Source of the DNA: an uncultured Gammaproteobacteria bacterium | GTDB taxonomy: Bacteria > Patescibacteriota > Microgenomatia > UBA8517 | Assembly (NCBI GenBank): GCA_964583685.1 | Contig: CAZOVJ010000002.1 | Span: forward strand, 111,333-175,332 | Direction: 5' to 3' | Length of the DNA: 64,000 bases | The notes under the pieces: generated by a model | What the model was told of the DNA's origin: nothing | Databases searched by the model: none | The model's input: only the letters and a program-made list of their open reading frames with translations | Part shown: piece after piece, positions 58,987 to 64,000 of the stretch | Numbering within the stretch: position 1 is the stretch's first letter | Layout of the letters: every line of letters starts with the position of its first letter | Program-made: the position numbers and the translations under genes

Positions 58987-60195
58987 ATGCCAGATCAACC
59001 TGCCCCAAACAAACCAGATAAACCTGTTTCTCAACCTTCTCAGCCCGTTAGTGGCAAGCCGCCAGCTCCAACCCTTCCTCCCCAACCATCAACTCCTGGA
59101 GCTCCCCCTGCACCAATTCCTCCTGGGCCTCCTCCTCCATCTCCTCCTATATCTCCTCTGCCTTCAAAATCAGAGAGTGAAGAACTTCCTCCAATCATTA
59201 GCACTCCAGCCAAAAAGAAATTGGGCAAAGGCAAAATAGTTGCCGCAATTTTGGGAGTTTTGCTTTTGGTTGGCGGCGTTACGGCCGGAGTAATCCTGGT
59301 CCAACAGCGCCAGGAATTAAGAGAAAAGGCAGCATGTACCCCATGCCTAGGAGGGACATGTCCTGATGGATGGTCGTACGGGCCTGATGAATGTTCCTGG
59401 CAACCATGCGACGCTAGGGCGATAGAAGCGTGTAAGGACCATCAAATTACTTCGGACGGTGGCGGTGAAGAACCCAGTGAAGGAGAAGGTCCTTATTGCG
59501 CCATCTGTAGTCCTGCGGACGCATGCGAGTGCGATAAGGGTACTACAACAGGTTATAAATGCAAATTTGCTCCCTCAGAGTGTGCTCATTTAGGCTACAC
59601 CTGGCAACCAGATTCCAGCTGCCCGACTGGTCAATCATGTGGTGACGAGGGAGAGGAAGCTGGTTTTGAATACATTACATTCGAGTGCGATCGGTGCGAA
59701 GGACTAAAATGCCAAACCGAACCGGTAATAGGAGTTAATCCTCGATTCATGCTTGGTAACCATCCCGGACCCTGTAGTCAGGTAGATAGAAGACCGATAG
59801 GCTCCACTGATGGCTGGACCGCTCACGATCTCTGCGATAACGACGATTGGTGTATATCACCAACCGCTACCCCAACCTTACCTCCGGGTATAACCTGTCA
59901 GTGTCGGGAAATCAAGGCCTTTGATACCGGCTGGAATCAGTTAACCTCAGAACAGCTAGGGCAGCTCCAGGCTGGAGATACCGTCTATTTCACTGTTAGC
60001 GGTACTAAAACCTCAGGAATTTTTGACAAGGCGAGGTTTACCATTAATGCCATTCTCAGACCAGAGGTTACCAACAAAAGACCGGGAACTGACGAATTCT
60101 ATGACCAGTATCAAATTACCTCAACCGATATTAGCCGGGGTAGTATCAGTCTGGGAGCCATCATTCATCATCAAGAATTAGATGAATGGTTCTAA
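58987..60195 (+). CDS. Membrane-anchored Cys-rich surface protein with Pro-rich N-terminus
   Basis: Pro-rich N-terminus, TM, QQRQELREKA, 22 Cys, beta-rich C-domain. Confidence 0.75.
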   Translation: MPDQPAPNKPDKPVSQPSQPVSGKPPAPTLPPQPSTPGAPPAPIPPGPPPPSPPISPLPSKSESEELPPIISTPAKKKLGKGKIVAAILGVLLLVGGVTAGVILVQQRQELREKAACTPCLGGTCPDGWSYGPDECSWQPCDARAIEACKDHQITSDGGGEEPSEGEGPYCAICSPADACECDKGTTTGYKCKFAPSECAHLGYTWQPDSSCPTGQSCGDEGEEAGFEYITFECDRCEGLKCQTEPVIGVNPRFMLGNHPGPCSQVDRRPIGSTDGWTAHDLCDNDDWCISPTATPTLPPGITCQCREIKAFDTGWNQLTSEQLGQLQAGDTVYFTVSGTKTSGIFDKARFTINAILRPEVTNKRPGTDEFYDQYQITSTDISRGSISLGAIIHHQELDEWF

Positions 60196-60199
60196 AAAA

Positions 60200-60673
60200 A
60201 TGAAAGAATTTTTAAAGAAAAATACAATTACGGTCTTAATTATCATTGCCACCATCGTCTTAGCTGGCATCGCTATGTTTACCGCCTTCAGGCTCTATCA
60301 GCTAAGACAAAAGGCGGTCGCCCCCACTGTACCCGAAAGCAGGCCGGCTGCCGAAGAACTTCCCGCGCCTGTTCCTGATTGCACCCTGACCTTTGCTTTT
60401 GCTGCCACGCCAACTCCCACAGCAACACCGACTGGAAGCCCCAGCCCTACACCGACAGCCACGCCGGCAGAAAGTCCAACACCCACACCAACAGCCACTC
60501 CCACATCCACTCCCTCTCCCAGCCCGACTGTTACACCCAGTCCAGGTGTCATTCCAACCCCCTCACCCACCCCGGCCCCTGAGCTGCCAGAAGCAGGCAT
60601 CAACTTACCAACAATCTGCGGGCTTGGCATTGGCGCCCTTCTCCTCATTATCAGCCTCATCCTAGCCCTCTAG
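60200..60673 (+). CDS. Pro/Thr-rich surface protein with LPxAG sorting signal
   Basis: N-terminal TM, (PT/PS)n stalk, LPEAG plus hydrophobic C-terminus; likely ATG at 60200. Confidence 0.78.
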   Translation: MKEFLKKNTITVLIIIATIVLAGIAMFTAFRLYQLRQKAVAPTVPESRPAAEELPAPVPDCTLTFAFAATPTPTATPTGSPSPTPTATPAESPTPTPTATPTSTPSPSPTVTPSPGVIPTPSPTPAPELPEAGINLPTICGLGIGALLLIISLILAL

Positions 60674-60686
60674 GTTCTTTTGTTCC

Positions 60687-63095
60687 TTATCTCCATGAAG
60701 AAAACCAGTAATAAGAATTGTCCAGACTAAGTGGTATTTTCAAGCCTATCCAATGAGGATAAAAATAAAGGAAAATTATTCCTGCAAGGACAAAGAAGGG
60801 AATGGCCAGTCTAGAAAACCTTCTCAGAACATAAGCTGTTACCATTGCCAAAAAGGGCATTGAAGGCAGATAATGATAAAGAAACATTATTCTCGGTGAA
60901 ATTGCCCAGGGAACAAAAAAGGCAAAACAGGAAAAAACAATCAAAGCCAGTTTTTTATTTTTTTCAAAATAGGCATAAATTAGGCAAATGACAATTGCCA
61001 ACACTCCAAACCAAAAAACCAGGGGATTACCCATGGCATAGATATTGGCAACTGCATGCCTGATTGCTCCGCTGGTATAAAGCCAAACCGGCCGAAGCAA
61101 AAAGGGCCAACTCCACCAGGGAGATGTATAAGGATGAGTGGCTTCCAGTTGGGAATGATACCACCACATTTGTTTTTGGAGACCAACGAAAATATCCCAA
61201 CCATGGCCAGTTAAAAAGAGCGGCAGATAACTTGCCAGGTAGACGGCTGCCGGAACAAGCAAAAACCAAAGGTAACCCTTGGTAAATTTTCGTTTAAGAG
61301 AGAAGTGGGAAATTAGCAAAACCGGAATCATCCAGATGACAGTCCATTTGGAAGCAGCAGCCAGACCCAAGGCCATGGCCGAGAAAAGGTTTTCCTTTTT
61401 AAGGAAGAGATAAAGAGAAAGCAGGCTAAAAAACAAAAAATAAATATCGTTCATGGCGATTCTGGACATGCTTAAGACCAGGCCGTCCAAGGCAAAAGCT
61501 CCTGAGGCCAAGAGAGCTAGTAGCCGGTCTTTAAATAGCTCTTTTGTCAGTAAATAAACAAGATAAACCGTGACCACGCCCAGTAAGGCCGCCGGAATCC
61601 TCCAGCCAAAGGCATTTTCGCCAAAAACAAGCATCCCCAAAACCATTGCTTCTTTAGCCAACGGCGGGTGGGTCCATTCATAGGCAAAACCTTTAGGCGG
61701 CGTATTCCACCATTCCCAGACCTTTGGGTCCCCATGAAGCATGCGCCGGGCCGTAAAGGCATGATAAACCTCATCAAAATATTCTTTTTTGGGCTGACCC
61801 AACCAGGCAACTCGGGTTAAAAAGGAGAAAATGAGCAGGCCAATTAGTAAGTTTCGACCCACAACTTGGCTTATGTCTTTCCTCTTCTTTTCCTTCTTAA
61901 ATTTAATTAACTGATTGAATAAAGGTAAAGCAAACCTTTTACTTTTCTTCACCAATATTTCACGGAAGAGAAAAAAGAGAAACCCAAGGTTGAAAAGGAT
62001 AAAAATTTTTAGAACCAAGGGAGAAAAAACGCTCAAAAAATCTTTTGTTATCCAGTTAAAGGAATAATATAAATTAGCAAGATAAATGGCGGAAAAGCCA
62101 AGATAAGGAATCCAAAGACGAGAATTTAAAACTGAAGCAATTGCCAGAAAGGCAAAAGCCGGTAAAAGATGTCTTTCGTGCATCCGGGTAAAAAAGAAAA
62201 AGCTTGAAATAAAAATCATGCTAGCCAGAAAATAGCGACCCCCCTTAACTTTTCTTGAGCACCATAAGACTAATAAAGATAGAGTAAAAGTGATAATCAG
62301 TCCGGCTATCTGTAAACCTAGGTTATCCTTTTGCCAAAAACCAAAAAGCCCCAAAAAATTAAAAGCATTAATAGTCGTATAGGGATATTGATTAAGACCT
62401 GTCTGGATTCTTGACAAGATAAAAACAACTAAATTCTGTTCTCCAGAAAAAGGGACAAATCCCAGGATAAAAATCAAGAAAGCAAAAACTATATAAATAA
62501 AAATCTTTTTTGTTTTCCATTTCTCTTTTAACATAATGAAAAGAACAACTGCTGCCGCCAGTCCTGCCTGGGGTTTAACCAATGTGCCAAAGCTCAAGAA
62601 AAACGCTGAAAGAAAAGGATTGATATCAACTAAGTAAATCGCCAAAAGAGAGAATAGGGCGGTTAAGGAATCTACCTGCCCCCAAAGACTAGAGTTTGCC
62701 AAAATAGCAGGATTAAAAACATAGAAACTGGCCGCAATCAAACCCCACTTTTTGTTTTTAATCTTCCTAACAATCAAGTAGATTAACCAGCCACTGAGAA
62801 TATCAGAAATAATCGCCGGGAATTTATAAAGAATAACGCTAGGTATTGACAGCCAATTACTTAATTTTGCCAAAAAACCAAGTATGTAAAGATAGCCGGG
62901 AAGATAATCGCACCAGCTCTGATAAAACCTGGCAAACCCTACATTGACCAATCTGTTGCTCCAAGCAATAAAAGTGTTTTGGTCAAGCTCCAGTGTTCCA
63001 TGGGGAGAAAGAAAAAATCTGACTATCAAAGCTGTTAAAAGTAGCAGTAAAATAGGGAAGAGTGAAAAAAGCTTTTCCCTTTTTTCAGATTCCAT
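60687..63095 (-). CDS. Tandem GT-C glycosyltransferase: N-terminal GT-C domain fused to protein O-mannosyltransferase (PMT/GT39)
   Basis: N-part DYLPGYLY, WGQVDS, KPQ, MHERH; C-part YFDEVYH, HPPLAK, FGWR, SRIAMND, HPYTSPWWSWP, GNP, MFLYHYLP. Confidence 0.85.
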   Translation of the reverse strand: MESEKREKLFSLFPILLLLLTALIVRFFLSPHGTLELDQNTFIAWSNRLVNVGFARFYQSWCDYLPGYLYILGFLAKLSNWLSIPSVILYKFPAIISDILSGWLIYLIVRKIKNKKWGLIAASFYVFNPAILANSSLWGQVDSLTALFSLLAIYLVDINPFLSAFFLSFGTLVKPQAGLAAAVVLFIMLKEKWKTKKIFIYIVFAFLIFILGFVPFSGEQNLVVFILSRIQTGLNQYPYTTINAFNFLGLFGFWQKDNLGLQIAGLIITFTLSLLVLWCSRKVKGGRYFLASMIFISSFFFFTRMHERHLLPAFAFLAIASVLNSRLWIPYLGFSAIYLANLYYSFNWITKDFLSVFSPLVLKIFILFNLGFLFFLFREILVKKSKRFALPLFNQLIKFKKEKKRKDISQVVGRNLLIGLLIFSFLTRVAWLGQPKKEYFDEVYHAFTARRMLHGDPKVWEWWNTPPKGFAYEWTHPPLAKEAMVLGMLVFGENAFGWRIPAALLGVVTVYLVYLLTKELFKDRLLALLASGAFALDGLVLSMSRIAMNDIYFLFFSLLSLYLFLKKENLFSAMALGLAAASKWTVIWMIPVLLISHFSLKRKFTKGYLWFLLVPAAVYLASYLPLFLTGHGWDIFVGLQKQMWWYHSQLEATHPYTSPWWSWPFLLRPVWLYTSGAIRHAVANIYAMGNPLVFWFGVLAIVICLIYAYFEKNKKLALIVFSCFAFFVPWAISPRIMFLYHYLPSMPFLAMVTAYVLRRFSRLAIPFFVLAGIIFLYFYPHWIGLKIPLSLDNSYYWFSSWR

Positions 63096-63113
63096 TAAAA
63101 GTATTTTACCTTA

Positions 63114-64000
63114 ATGTTAAATCGCAAAGAAAAAAAACTGGCATTTTTTGTCCTCTTTTCGCGCATTTTTCTCTTGCTGGGAATATATCTTTTGAGCATC
63201 TCCATTGTAAATCAGCCACCATCCTTTTCGAAGTTCTTGGAAACTTACGCCAGCCGCTGGGATGGAGACCATTACATTTTTATCTCCCAAAATGGTTATG
63301 TGACAGAATGGCCTGAGGCAAGTTTCATTGTCTTTCTTCCTTTTTACCCACTTACAATTAAAGCTGTAAACTACCTAATTAAAAATCCCCTGATAACCGG
63401 CGTTTTGCTCTCCAATTCATTCTTTATGTTGGCCGCCTTGGCTTTTTACAAACTTCTCAGACTTGACTATTCTCAAAAAATAGCCAGCTTGGCAATTGTC
63501 CTTCTCGCCATCTTTCCCACTTCCTATTTCTTCTCAGCCGCATATCCAGAATCGCTTTTTCTCCTCCTTTTTGCCTTGACATTTTATTTAACAAGAAAGC
63601 ATCTCTTTTTTGTTTCTTCTCTCACGGCCGGCCTTCTCACCCTAACCAAGCCCTTTGGTATACTCATCTGGTTTCCTCTTGTTGTCGAATTTTATCAATC
63701 GAAAAGAAAAAAACTAAAACAGCTTTTCCCATTGCTTCTAGTTCTCGTTTTTTCTAGTTCTCTTTATCTTTTTATAAATTTTTATACCTACAAAGACCCC
63801 TTGGCATTCCAAAAATTTTTAAACAAAAATTGGTACAAATCCTTTGCCTTCCCCTGGCAGGGAATTCTTGAGAGCTGGAAAAGGGGATTCTCAACTCCGG
63901 AATGGGGTAGTTATAAAATTCTCATTGGATTCGCTGAAGCAGTTGCTTCAATAGTCGCTTGGCTCTGTATCCCTTTGGCCTTTCTCAGGAAAACAAAAAT
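63114..64000 (+). CDS. PIG-V-like GT-C mannosyltransferase, partial (runs off window)
   Basis: Manual translation MLNRKEKK..RWDGDHYIFISQNGY..VFLPFYPL..LSN..FPTSYFFSAAYPESLFL. Confidence 0.82.
   Translation, partial: MLNRKEKKLAFFVLFSRIFLLLGIYLLSISIVNQPPSFSKFLETYASRWDGDHYIFISQNGYVTEWPEASFIVFLPFYPLTIKAVNYLIKNPLITGVLLSNSFFMLAALAFYKLLRLDYSQKIASLAIVLLAIFPTSYFFSAAYPESLFLLLFALTFYLTRKHLFFVSSLTAGLLTLTKPFGILIWFPLVVEFYQSKRKKLKQLFPLLLVLVFSSSLYLFINFYTYKDPLAFQKFLNKNWYKSFAFPWQGILESWKRGFSTPEWGSYKILIGFAEAVASIVAWLCIPLAFLRKTK

Noticed and set aside
60400-60580. Repetitive C/A-rich DNA
   Set aside because: Explained by the Pro/Thr codons of the stalk; no constant repeat-spacer structure, so not CRISPR
1-64000. 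Alternative genetic code (UGA as Gly)
   Set aside because: TGA ends conserved proteins at the expected places (rpmJ, fusA, dnaJ) and long ORFs are uninterrupted under code 11

Overview
Core-genome window (genetic code 11, TGA used as stop) from a reduced-genome bacterium. Loss of L30, rplQ-rplM-rpsI adjacency, minimal IF2/NusA/GrpE/HrcA/AlaRS and the style of surface proteins point to Patescibacteria (CPR), probably Microgenomates; this is an inference. The minus strand carries, in transcription order: murJ, CIRCE-hrcA-grpE-dnaK-dnaJ-PP2C, nusA-infB-(degenerate DHH), rpsO-pnp, a Lon ATPase lacking its protease domain, udg, rnj, ftsK, rodZ-like, alaS, an FtsA-like/baseplate-J-like membrane protein, sortase, ruvX, mltG, a single-ORF rpoB-rpoC fusion, the str, S10, spc and alpha ribosomal clusters, tRNA-Pro and the start of recA. 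A Phd/YefM-RelE toxin-antitoxin pair sits antisense between rpsJ and rplC. The right end holds rpsT, pilN/pilO-like genes, Pro/Thr/Cys-rich surface proteins with sortase-type signals and three GT-C glycosyltransferase domains. Strongest leads: (1) the str-operon EF-G has both guanine-specificity loops rewritten (NKxN, GADN); (2) the fused RNA polymerase has co-varying trigger-loop, bridge-helix and rifampicin-pocket changes; (3) a candidate sortase plus O-glycosylation plus pilus-platform surface system; (4) several structured 5' leaders (rpoB, rplC, rpsO, nusA); (5) heptamer repeats inside genes and a promoter region. All alignments and folds were done by eye; no searches were run.
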